NCBI GenBank assembly: GCA_963662465.1
Contig: OY759599.1
Span: 4,384,001-4,448,000, forward strand
Length of the DNA stretch: 64,000 nucleotides
Reading direction: 5' to 3'
Source of the DNA: Desulfatiglandales bacterium
GTDB lineage: Bacteria; Desulfobacterota; DSM-4660; Desulfatiglandales; Desulfatiglandaceae
In this document: positions 1-9,625 of the stretch, in pieces
Layout: the number at the start of each line of letters is the position of its first letter
Numbering within the stretch: the stretch's first letter is position 1
Made by a program: the position numbers and the translations under genes
Notes under the pieces: generated by a model
What the model was told of the DNA's origin: nothing
The model's input: the letters and a program-made list of their open reading frames with translations, nothing else
The model's database searches: none

Positions 1-1
1 C

Positions 2-1135
2 GATTTGGCCGAAATCTTTCTTGTCCAATTGCTGTTTGAGACTGTGGGCGGAGATGGGCGATAAGCTGTCAATGGGCATGCCGCTTGAAATCCAAGCTGC
101 CATGCCACCGGAAAGATAACCATATATATTATCATAACCGATTCTGTGGAGCTGGGTCGTCATCTGGTCATACTTATCCCGGTCATCCACCACCAGCAGA
201 AGATTGTCCGAAGGATCAACAACCATGCCGATCCAGTTGGCCATCTGCTTTTCAAATCCGATATTGATGGCGCCGGGGATATGAAATCCGCCGAAAGCAG
301 CAGTGTCCCGGGTATCGATAATGGTTGCGCCTTGTTGGCGGATCTGTTCAAACTGATCCGGATTCAGCGTTTGCTCCAGTGGGCAGCGCTCCAGAAGCGG
401 GGCGCCATGGGCATTGGTACTGATAATGTGCGTAAAACTTTTGGGCCTGACGGGAAAATCACCCGCAATCAGATCATGGAACGCATCAAACCCGGATAAC
501 TGAAGCACGGGCTGGGTCAGACGTTCATAGCCCAAGGTACTGCTGGCCTTGGCGCTTAACCCTTTGCCGCACAGAGAACCCTGCCCATGGGCAGGGAAAA
601 CCTCCAAATAATCCGGCAGGCGGTGCAGTTTTTCATAAAGAGAATTATACAGGTTTTTCACCTGTTCCTCTAAGACTTCCGCCCCGGCCAGATCCGGCCG
701 GCCGATGGAGCCCACGAAAAGAAGGTCTCCGGTAAGAATTAGCTCGGGGATGTCCGATCGAGCCTTATCCGTCACCAGAATCGATATGGAGTTCGGCGTA
801 TGGCCCGGGGTATTCAAAATTTCAAGCTTGACCATTCCGAACTCAATCACATCGCCTTCTTTCAGTTCTTTATGATCAAAGGTCACAGGCGTGCCTTCAC
901 CGTAATAAATAGCCGCTCCCGTGCGTGATTTTAATTCCTGGTTGCCGCTGACATGATCGGCATGCAAATGGGTTTCAACGATATGGGTGATCTTCATCCC
1001 CTCATCCCTGGATATGTCCATGTAATCCTGCACATCGCGCTTGGGATCCACAATCACAGCCTGCCTTGCGCCTGGACAGCCGATAACATAGGAATTACAA
1101 CCCAATCCCGGCACGGTAATCTGTTTAAAATACAT
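2..1135 (-). CDS. MBL-fold metallo-hydrolase with probable rhodanese domain (persulfide dioxygenase-like); runs off the left edge
   Basis: Manual translation from the ATG at 1135 gives MYFKQITVPGLGCNSYVIG...ETHLHADHVSG...TPGHTP. The HxHxDH motif is present. Absent from the ORF track, presumably because it runs off the window edge. Confidence 0.85.
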   Translation of the reverse strand, partial: MYFKQITVPGLGCNSYVIGCPGARQAVIVDPKRDVQDYMDISRDEGMKITHIVETHLHADHVSGNQELKSRTGAAIYYGEGTPVTFDHKELKEGDVIEFGMVKLEILNTPGHTPNSISILVTDKARSDIPELILTGDLLFVGSIGRPDLAGAEVLEEQVKNLYNSLYEKLHRLPDYLEVFPAHGQGSLCGKGLSAKASSTLGYERLTQPVLQLSGFDAFHDLIAGDFPVRPKSFTHIISTNAHGAPLLERCPLEQTLNPDQFEQIRQQGATIIDTRDTAAFGGFHIPGAINIGFEKQMANWIGMVVDPSDNLLLVVDDRDKYDQMTTQLHRIGYDNIYGYLSGGMAAWISSGMPIDSLSPISAHSLKQQLDKKDFGQI

Positions 1136-1296
1136 TTTTCAAATCCTTTCCCTGGTTGATTTTATAGAACGCGGAACCTTAATTTGGATAGACCAGGTTC
1201 CAGTTTGCAACGGAAATACAATAAGTTAAAAAAAAAATTAAGTTAAAAAGTTAAGGGCGTACCATTTTTCCTTACGATCTCCTTAGCGTACTGACA

Positions 1297-1401
1297 TTGA
1301 TGCACTCGTAAAAAGTCCGATTTCCGCTGTTTTAGGTAGCATAACCCGTTGATATTATTAGTGGCGATTTCATCGTTTTTGATTTTTTACGGGGCCATCA
1401 A
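1297..1401. mobile_element. Putative MITE (about 105 bp) abutting the last attC
   Basis: Imperfect terminal inverted repeats TTGATGCACTCGTAAAAAGTC / GATTTTTTACGGGGCCATCAA; no credible ORF. Confidence 0.5.
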
Positions 1402-1456
1402 CGAAAAGCTACGCGGCGCGGTTTTTTTTTGCGTCCGCTTGAGCGACAGGTTCGCC
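1396..1456 (-). other. attC site (last one visible in the array)
   Basis: Top strand GGCGAAC-CTGTCGCTCAAGCGGACGC...GCGCCGCGTAGCTTTTC-GTTGATG: an imperfect palindrome with AAC/GTT cores, downstream of the TA pair. Confidence 0.7.
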
Positions 1457-1538
1457 AGCTCCGACTTTCGCTTGTCAATAAGACGTTTTTCTTCCGCCAA
1501 AACATCCTGGTCAATGTGCAACGGCTTTGCCGAGTGAA

Positions 1539-1739
1539 TTACTCCATAGCCTCAGAGATGATCATGTCACCACGAAGGAGGTTATTTACAACGGAATTTA
1601 TGTCAGTTCTTTTCCTCTGTGCTATTTTCTCCACAAATTCTTTTACTTCTCCCACAAGGTAAATTGGCAGGTTCAGTTTTAGATCTGTACGATAGAATTT
1701 GCCCCTTTCTCCCTTTGAAAAATCATACTCTTTTCTCAT
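1539..1739 (-). CDS. BrnA-like antitoxin
   Basis: N-terminus MRKEYDFSKGERGKFY; its start overlaps the stop of the upstream BrnT gene. Confidence 0.75.
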   Translation of the reverse strand: MRKEYDFSKGERGKFYRTDLKLNLPIYLVGEVKEFVEKIAQRKRTDINSVVNNLLRGDMIISEAME

Positions 1740-2029
1740 TATTGCTCTCCATATGAATGGACTTCCCTTTTGGATGCCTTGCGGCTTGAAAAAATACGTA
1801 TTGTCGCAGAGGCTGGATTTTTACGAAATGTATGGAATACAAGCAAGAGCCTGGCATTCTTTAATATACCTAATGTGACCCACCTATCCTCATTCCCGCT
1901 ATGATCTGGATCATATATTGTAACGGCCATTAGATCAAGAAATACGGTTGCCGCTTCTTCAAAATTGACCCCATGTTTTCTCTTGTTCAATTGTGCTTTT
2001 TGGGGATCCCATTCGAAGTCATAATCCAT
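1739..2029 (-). CDS. BrnT-family toxin
   Basis: FEWDPQKAQLNKRKHGVNFEEA...EDRWVTLG...IRIFSSRKA. True start is probably ATG 2029; the upstream MNINWILSADI residues are intron RT-derived. Confidence 0.85.
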   Translation of the reverse strand: MDYDFEWDPQKAQLNKRKHGVNFEEAATVFLDLMAVTIYDPDHSGNEDRWVTLGILKNARLLLVFHTFRKNPASATIRIFSSRKASKREVHSYGEQ

Positions 2030-2239
2030 AATATCCGCGCTCAAAATCCAGTTTATATTCAAACCGGCACACTTTTCACGAAATTCTTTCAGCGCCGGGT
2101 AAGGAAACTTTTGGCTCTCCCAGGTAAGCGAAGACTCCGGGTTCCCGAGCTATCCATTTGAATCCATGCCCTGGTCTCAGACCCCGGTGGTGACCTCATT
2201 TACGCGGGTTCCCAAGGTTTCGGGCTTACCTCGGCGCGA
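2030..2239 (-). pseudogene. Multiply deleted remnant of a class E-like group II intron, inserted in an attC
   Basis: Three patches match the intron at 18525-22706: its 5' end (2198-2239), an internal RNA segment (2104-2197) and an RT fragment LKEFREKCAGLNINWILSADI (2030-2100). Confidence 0.8.
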
Positions 2240-2281
2240 GCAGCGTTGGGTTGGGTGATCTCCACAACACTTGATGAAACA

Positions 2282-2630
2282 TCATGCCGCATTCAGGGCT
2301 GGCTGTGATTCCACATAAGTAGCCGGAATTTGCTCTGTTGGTGACGCCTGAAAATGGGTAAGTTTCAAAAACTGGCGTACCGGCATTGTATTTACCACGT
2401 GTAAAACTAACTCACGTAAGTCTTCAGGTACCTCATTCAGTTTGTCTAACGCATAGCTACGGGGTCCATATTCAGTGTGTTCCGTCAAAATCGAAAAATG
2501 AAGTACAGTGATGCTAATCGCCCGACGTGTTTGTAAATTTACTCGTAAAAGAATGTGATCGGTTAATTCCACCCCCGTGACCGGTTCATTTTGCCGAAAG
2601 AAGATTTCCAGAATATCAGCTTCTCGGTCT
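2282..2630 (-). pseudogene. 5'-truncated DUF2283-like cassette gene
   Basis: The frame extends upstream of the listed ORF as DREADILEIFF... (like YDxEADxLxI). It has no start codon and is fused directly to a truncated attC. Confidence 0.5.
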
Positions 2631-2711
2631 CAGATTGAATCTGAGCGGGGGGACTCTGTGCTTTAAATCAAATCAATCCGCCCCGCTCAGTTCAATCTGT
2701 AGGGGTTCGAC
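2631..2711 (-). other. attC lacking its R' core
   Basis: R'' GTCGAAC (2705-2711) complements the cassette start GTTCGAC (3169-3175). Strong stem CAGATTGAACTGAGCGGGG/CCCCGCTCAGATTCAATCTG. No following GTT. Confidence 0.65.
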
Positions 2712-2717
2712 CTGGCG

Positions 2718-3146
2718 TCAATCCATCAAATACACTGCCGAAGTGTCGAATGCCTCCTCCGGCGTACCGTGCCAAGACCCGTTATCGAAAAAAGATGGCT
2801 CGTACTTCATATGGCTGTACGTATAGAAAGCCATCGACCATTTATCTTCGTTACCAAAGAATCGAAGGCGGCACAGATGCGTCGGGACATCACGCAATTG
2901 TGCAACACGCTCTTCACGTGATTTCCCTCCAAAAAGCTCTGGATTGTAGTCTGAGGGAACAAAAGGTTCTTTGTAGGCATCGATATAACAAAACTTCCCT
3001 TTGAACCTGACTTCGATCCGGTTATACTTTCCAGCATAGTATTTCTGCGCATGCGCAAGGATGCGTTGACGAATACGAGGTTTCTTGGCATCCGGAATTT
3101 TCGTACCCCCAGAGTGAGGGTCATAAATCCAAGTTTTTCTTTGCAT
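2718..3146 (-). CDS. Hypothetical cassette protein
   Basis: ORF (ATG 3146, MQRKTWIYDPHSGG) fills the space between the G/TT core at 3175 and the attC at 2711. Confidence 0.75.
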   Translation of the reverse strand: MQRKTWIYDPHSGGTKIPDAKKPRIRQRILAHAQKYYAGKYNRIEVRFKGKFCYIDAYKEPFVPSDYNPELFGGKSREERVAQLRDVPTHLCRLRFFGNEDKWSMAFYTYSHMKYEPSFFDNGSWHGTPEEAFDTSAVYLMD

Positions 3147-3168
3147 TTCAGTATACCTATTTATGCGA

Positions 3169-3303
3169 GTCGAACGACCGGGGTAAGTTACCGCCAACAT
3201 TGAGAACTAAGCAACTTACGGGTCCCTCTCCTGGCTTTCTTCGAGGAAGTAGCCGTGAAAAATCGCCATGTTGTTGGCGGTCTCCTTGACCCCATGGTTA
3301 CGT
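3169..3303 (-). other. attC site
   Basis: ACGTAAC...GTTCGAC cores with inner arms ACCGCCAACA/TGTTGGCGGT; 135 bp. Confidence 0.7.
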
Positions 3304-3427
3304 CAATATGGGGGCGTGAAAGGCAAAAGGGAGCTTAAGGTGAATCAAATTATTTGACTTTTTTCATGACATCCTTTAATCTTCCTAATATCCTAAGCTT
3401 ATTAATTAAATTGAAAAAGGTATATCA

Positions 3428-4653
3428 TTGGCGAAGTTACCATCTTATGTTCGTGAAGTAAATGTTGCATTTGAATATCTGTTAGAAGAGTACTGTAATG
3501 AAAGCTATGATATCACCGAATCCATAGCTGAAATAAATAATTACACCAATATAGACCCGGAATTCAACATTAATGATGAGGAAAAAATTGTTGCTTCTTT
3601 TTTAAAAAAGCCATGTCCATGTTCACGGAACTGTCAAAAACAACTAAATCAGGATGAAGTAATCAGCAACCGAGCATTTTTCCGATCTTTGGAAGAAGGA
3701 AAGGAACTACATTCTTCTGGTACAACTGAGGTCTTTGCTTTCCCACTCAGAATATTCGATTTCAGCTCGTTCAAAGAAAAACAGAGAGAGGAAAAGATTT
3801 GATTACCGCATTAGCATTGATCGTCCGGTGTGCAAGGCTGTTTTTCTGTTTTACTATGGAGAAACTTCAAAGAGATTAGACCGACTTAAGAACTATGTTA
3901 CTGGAAAAGCTATATCTATGCCGATTCACGGCAATTCTGGTCGCACACCTGCAAATGCATACGACATGTATGACAAAGAAAAAGTAAAATTATTTCTAAC
4001 AAATTTTCTGGCTATCCACGGATTGCCCGATCCTGGTCGAGATGTCAGAAAGGGAAAAGGTAAATTGCGAGTCCTTCTACCTTCGATTATGAACTTCAAC
4101 TCGGTACATCGGCAATATGCAATAAGTATTAAAGCTTCCGGCAAATCTCCCATTGCCTATCGAACTTTTATAAAGATTTGGAAGGAAGAGTTTCCACATG
4201 CCAAATTTAACGATCCTAGAAGCGATCTTTGCATGACATGTGAAGACTTTAAAAAGCGCTTAAATCAAGTTGCAGCGGTATTAGATGAAGAAAAGGAAAA
4301 AAAACAAGCGCAAATACATAAGGAAGCTCTTGACCATTTAAAACAAGTCAAGAAGGAACGGCTTTTCTATAAAGCAAATACAAAAATTGCAAATAGCTAT
4401 TGTCAAAAACTTGGCTCAGAAGCTCTCCATTCCAAACCCAGCAAACCGAATTCAAAAAACATTATGTCTCATTATTCATGGGACTTCGCCCAACAACTGC
4501 ATTACCCTTTTGAAGATCAGCAAGTTGGTCCTATTTTTTTTAAAACACCCCGAAGAACACAACTTTTTGGGGTATGTAACGAAGGAGTTCCGTGCCAATA
4601 TAACTACCTGATCGACGAAGAACACTTTCTCGGAAAAAATGCTAATACAGTTA
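3428..4653 (+). pseudogene. Frameshifted, IS-truncated transposase resembling eukaryotic Sola-type DDD transposases
   Basis: Motifs CPC..C, VCK..FL, HGN.GR.P, TF..IW..EFP, DLCMTC and SWDFAQQLHYP...GPIFFKTPR...FGVCNE...NYLIDE...GKNANTV. Frameshift near 3695; cut by the IS at 4654; AT-rich. Confidence 0.65.
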
Positions 4654-5960
4654 CGCATAAGTCTAAATGTTGTGGGGTTGTATAACCCATCAAAATTAAA
4701 AGGCGTTTTCGGTAAACAAGAATGCATTATGAACATTCATAACTTGAATCCAAGGTAAGTCAAATGTTTGGCCGTTGGCTAATTCAAAGGGACTTTTATG
4801 AGCATTTTTTGCGCCAGGTAAAAATGGGACAAAATTCCTGATAGTCGCATGTGCTCGAAAGAAAAGACTTGCCCATTTCTTATCTCGAAAACTCTCAATT
4901 TGTTTTAGTTTACGTTTGATTCCTTTTAAATAATTGTCAACAATGGAGGTTGTTTGTTTTATCCCATTTCTATTTTTATGAGAGGTATAATGAGTGGCAT
5001 TTTCTTTTAATTCTACTACCCTCTTTTTTAGTAATGGATGAGAAAATGCATCGTCATCTAATGCCTTAATCTTTACTTCCAAGTTAACTTTAGATGTGGA
5101 TGTTTTCAAAACTTTCTTAAATTTTTTATAAAGCTTGTCCACTTCTTGGTCGGTACATTTTGATTCTTTTTGATATTTTGATAGTGCATCGTAGAAGTTT
5201 TTCAAACAATGACGATGGCAATATCCGACCCAAATGTTATGGAATACGGTCTTGATAGCATTGGTTGAGGCTTTCCACTTATCTTTTGTTACACCAAGGA
5301 TTTTGAAGTCGATTTTTTGCAAAAAATCCTCAAATGAACCGCACAGGTTTTCTTCATCAACATGATCAACATAATCGGAGTGCCATACTAATAAATTTTC
5401 AGGATCGACCATAACTACAGAATAAGTTCTTAAATTTGGTTCTTTTTCAAAGCCCTCATCTTCCTGTAGATATCCTGAGCCTTTCACTCCTGCTCTTGTT
5501 AGTATTGTTGCAGGATGAAGTGTTCCTGCCCATCGATTCCAGTTCAAGATGGTCTGTTTGCTTTTGACACTTTTTTTGCCAATAATTTTAAGGCTTTCGA
5601 TGGCTCCTTGAATGCTCGCATTAAAACGGTACATATTCCGAAATACGTGCCCAATAATCTCTATACCAAAATTCTTTTCCCTTGGGAGAAAGCTGGGAAC
5701 AAGAGAGAACTTTTGTTTGCACTTCCGGCATTGTATCATGCGGATTGGGAATGTCTGTTGTTCTCCTCCATTCATTATTGTTTTTCGAGGATTCCCGCGG
5801 AAACCAGATAAAATATATTCTTTAGGTCCAGAACATGTTGAATTATGGCCTGTGTGGTGATCATATTTATCGAGTTTATCTAATACTTCAATGCGAAACT
5901 TCTTACTATCTTTTACGAGAGCATGATAGCTTTCGGTGTTATTATAAGGAAAGATATATG
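4654..5960 (-). mobile_element. Truncated copy (1307 bp) of the 2006-bp IS
   Basis: Starts with the IR CGCATAAGTCTAAATGTTGTGGGGTT and is near-identical to the 3' part of the full copies. Interrupted by the next copy at 5961. Confidence 0.9.
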
Positions 5961-7966
5961 CGCATAAGTCTAAATGTTGTGGGGTTGTATAACCCATCAA
6001 AATTAAAAGGCGTTTTCGGTAAACAAGAATGCATTATGAACATTCATAACTTGAATCCAAGGTAAGTCAAATGTTTGGCCGTTGGCTAATTCAAAGGGAC
6101 TTTTATGAGCATTTTTTGCGCCAGGTAAAAATGGGACAAAATTCCTGATAGTCGCATGTGCTCGAAAGAAAAGACTTGCCCATTTCTTATCTCGAAAACT
6201 CTCAATTTGTTTTAGTTTACGTTTGATTCCTTTTAAATAATTGTCAACAATGGAGGTTGTTTGTTTTATCCCATTTCTATTTTTATGAGAGGTATAATGA
6301 GTGGCATTTTCTTTTAATTCTACTACCCTCTTTTTTAGTAATGGATGAGAAAATGCATCGTCATCTAATGCCTTAATCTTTACTTCCAAGTTAACTTTAG
6401 ATGTGGATGTTTTCAAAACTTTCTTAAATTTTTTATAAAGCTTGTCCACTTCTTGGTCGGTACATTTTGATTCTTTTTGATATTTTGATAGTGCATCGTA
6501 GAAGTTTTTCAAACAATGACGATGGCAATATCCGACCCAAATGTTATGGAATACGGTCTTGATAGCATTGGTTGAGGCTTTCCACTTATCTTTTGTTACA
6601 CCAAGGATTTTGAAGTCGATTTTTTGCAAAAAATCCTCAAATGAACCGCACAGGTTTTCTTCATCAACATGATCAACATAATCGGAGTGCCATACTAATA
6701 AATTTTCAGGATCGACCATAACTACAGAATAAGTTCTTAAATTTGGTTCTTTTTCAAAGCCCTCATCTTCCTGTAGATATCCTGAGCCTTTCACTCCTGC
6801 TCTTGTTAGTATTGTTGCAGGATGAAGTGTTCCTGCCCATCGATTCCAGTTCAAGATGGTTTGTTTGCTTTTGACACTTTTTTTGCCAATAATTTTAAGG
6901 CTTTCGATGGCTCCTTGAATGCTCGCATTAAAACGGTACATATTCCGAAATACGTGCCCAATAATCTCTATACCAAAATTCTTTTCCCTTGGGAGAAAGC
7001 TGGGAACAAGAGAGAACTTTTGTTTGCACTTCCGGCATTGTATCATGCGGATTGGGAATGTCTGTTGTTCTCCTCCATTCATTATTGTTTTTCGAGGATT
7101 CCCGCGGAAACCAGATAAAATATATTCTTTAGGTCCAGAACATGTTGAATTATGGCCTGTGTGGTGATCATATTTATCGAGTTTATCTAATACTTCAATG
7201 CGAAACTTCTTACTATCTTTTACGAGAGCATGATAGCTTTCGGTGTTATTATAAGGAAAGATATATGTTTGATTTCCTCGTTTAGAAACAAGGTCTTCCA
7301 TTTTCTTTTTTACATTTTCGATTATGGATTTATCAAAAGATTTTAACATCCCTATCTCAAATGCAATACTTATTGTACTATCACGACTTTTTACATTATT
7401 CAATTTTTTAGTAATATTACTTATCATTGAACGAATTGAATAAAAGATTCTAATTTTCTGTCGATCCCGTTGTGTTTTTGGAATGCTTTTTTTCCCTTTT
7501 ATTGGCTTACAAATATCCCATAATTGACTTATTAACCTACCAAGTTCATCAATAAGAGCAGACAATGTTACATAAAAATATTGCAATGATTGAAACATCT
7601 CCCTTTCATTGATCCATGATCTGATGGCATTAATGCATTTCTCAATTTCAAAGAAAATCTCAGGATACTGTTTTGGATCGTAATAACATTGTCTTGCAAG
7701 TCTGTTTTGAGCTTTGTCCAACATTGTCAAAGCTCTCTTAATATTATTAATCATGTGCAACCTCTCTAATTTAACATAGACTGTTGCACTATGATTATGC
7801 ACACTTATCAAAAAAAGTCCCTAACTTTTTTCCGCTAAGGCGAATTCAGGAAAAAATGTTTGGCCTCACGAAATGCGCTTTGATTAGGATATTGATTCGG
7901 AACCGTTTAACAGATGAAATAATTTCAATATGTTAGAGTAAACCCCACAACATTTAGACTTATGCG
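5961..7966 (-). mobile_element. 2006-bp IS, full copy
   Basis: 26-bp terminal inverted repeats; flanks GATATATG and CAAAAAAC do not match, so there is no TSD. Confidence 0.92.
6003..7811 (-). CDS. DDE-type transposase (IS256/ISH6-like, family uncertain)
   Basis: Only long ORF between the IRs. CxxC finger, QEDE, TKDKW, CHRH and TTSIVDN motifs. Same protein as 20180-21988. Confidence 0.85.
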   Translation of the reverse strand: MISVHNHSATVYVKLERLHMINNIKRALTMLDKAQNRLARQCYYDPKQYPEIFFEIEKCINAIRSWINEREMFQSLQYFYVTLSALIDELGRLISQLWDICKPIKGKKSIPKTQRDRQKIRIFYSIRSMISNITKKLNNVKSRDSTISIAFEIGMLKSFDKSIIENVKKKMEDLVSKRGNQTYIFPYNNTESYHALVKDSKKFRIEVLDKLDKYDHHTGHNSTCSGPKEYILSGFRGNPRKTIMNGGEQQTFPIRMIQCRKCKQKFSLVPSFLPREKNFGIEIIGHVFRNMYRFNASIQGAIESLKIIGKKSVKSKQTILNWNRWAGTLHPATILTRAGVKGSGYLQEDEGFEKEPNLRTYSVVMVDPENLLVWHSDYVDHVDEENLCGSFEDFLQKIDFKILGVTKDKWKASTNAIKTVFHNIWVGYCHRHCLKNFYDALSKYQKESKCTDQEVDKLYKKFKKVLKTSTSKVNLEVKIKALDDDAFSHPLLKKRVVELKENATHYTSHKNRNGIKQTTSIVDNYLKGIKRKLKQIESFRDKKWASLFFRAHATIRNFVPFLPGAKNAHKSPFELANGQTFDLPWIQVMNVHNAFLFTENAF

Positions 7967-8285
7967 CAAAAAACACACTGATGCGAAAATGAACACATGC
8001 GTCACATGTCGGTTCATATAGTTCCCCTGTTATTTCAAGTGGTTGTAATGTTGGGAAACTAATATAATACAAACAGCTGTGAATGTCCATCGTTATTCCA
8101 GCATGTTATCGTATTGTTTTTGAATCCATTAAAAAATAATAATAGCTATGAATTACGACAATTTCGAATCAATCTATCAAGGCGCTCGTTCCTGTTCCCC
8201 TTATGGGCCTGTATCCTTACCGGGGATGTACTACCAATGCCTCTGATATCGTATTTTATCGTGGAGATGTTGTTCCGCCAAGTAA

Positions 8286-9496
8286 GTGCTGCCTGCCTCC
8301 TCGGCAAAATTTGCAGAACTTATTTTTAAAACGCGAACGATAAGTAAAGTGTTTAATGATCCGGAAGATGACGCCGATTCCGAAGACGGCGATAATCCGG
8401 AAGATGATCCCGGTCCAAAAGGCGGCAACCCCCCACCGAAAGGCCATGGTCGAAACGGTGCTTCGGCTTTTACCGGCGCCGAAAGAAAGTTCATAAGCCA
8501 CGAGAGTCTCAAACATGGTGACCCCTGTCCGGAATGTCCCAGGGGAAAAGTGTATCGGTTAAAAGTTCCCGAAAAGTTAATCCGGATTAAGGGTTCGCCG
8601 CCTTTAACGGGAACGATTTATGAACTGGAAAAGCTTCGCTGCAACCTGTGCGGCCAAATTTTTACCGCAACGCCTCCTGAAGATATGGGAACTCAGAAAC
8701 ATGATGAAACGGTTGCGGTTTCCATTGCCCTTCTAAAATACGCCAACGGCGTTCCTTTCTATCGGTTGCAGCAGTTTCAAGCCATGATGGGTGTTCCGGT
8801 TCCCGCATCAACCCAGTGGGGTATCGTTGAGCCATTGGGTTTGGAGGCCAAAGGGCCGTATATCGAACTACTGAAACAATCCGCACAGGGGGAGTTGTTC
8901 CACATTGACGATACGACGGGAAAAGTTCTGAGCCTCATGAAGGAAGGTGAAACCAAAAACGGTCGAAAAGGGATTTTTACCACCGGCGTTATATCCAAAA
9001 TGGATGACCGCCAGGCGGTTCTTTATTTTACCGGCAGAAATCACGCGGGTGAAAATCTGAAGGCGCTTCTTGAAAATCGCCTGACCGGTCTCAGTCCACC
9101 TCAGCTTATGTGCGATGCCTTGTCTCGAAATTCATCGGAGGATCTGGATGTCATTATGGCAAACTGCCTGACCCATGCCCGCCGATACTTCGTGGATGTC
9201 GCCCCGAGCTTTCCAGAAGAGTGCCGGTTTGTGATCGATACCCTTGCCAAAGTGTATCACAATGATCAGATTGCCAGGGACGAAAACATGTCACCCGAAG
9301 AGCGTCTGGCCTTCCATCAGGCTGAAAGCAAACCCTTGATGGATAAATTGTATTGCTGGCTCAACAAGCAATTGGACGAAAAACTCGTGGAACCGAATTC
9401 CGGTTTGGGAAAGGCAATTCAGTATATGCTGAATCACTGGAAGGCGTTAACCCGGTTCCTGGAAGTTCCTGGAGCGCCCCTTGACAACAACATCTG
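8286..9496 (+). pseudogene. IS66-family transposase TnpC, N-terminal part (interrupted by RIT)
   Basis: CPECP and CNLC zinc finger, PFYR, HIDDT, CLTHARRYF, LGKAIQY, PLDNNIC. Confidence 0.9.
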
Positions 9497-9625
9497 TTAT
9501 GCCGCGAGCGGCATAACAGATGTAATGCCGACTCCCGGATTATGCCGTATTGCCAATTTTATCCGTTTTAACTGGTCGAAACTGCGTTGGACCCCTTATT
9601 CTCATGGCTCTTTCAATCGGCATAA

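Noticed and set aside
4696..6000. 434-aa ORF as a distinct gene
   Set aside because: It is a chimera: the start is read from the IR of the adjacent IS copy into the truncated transposase.
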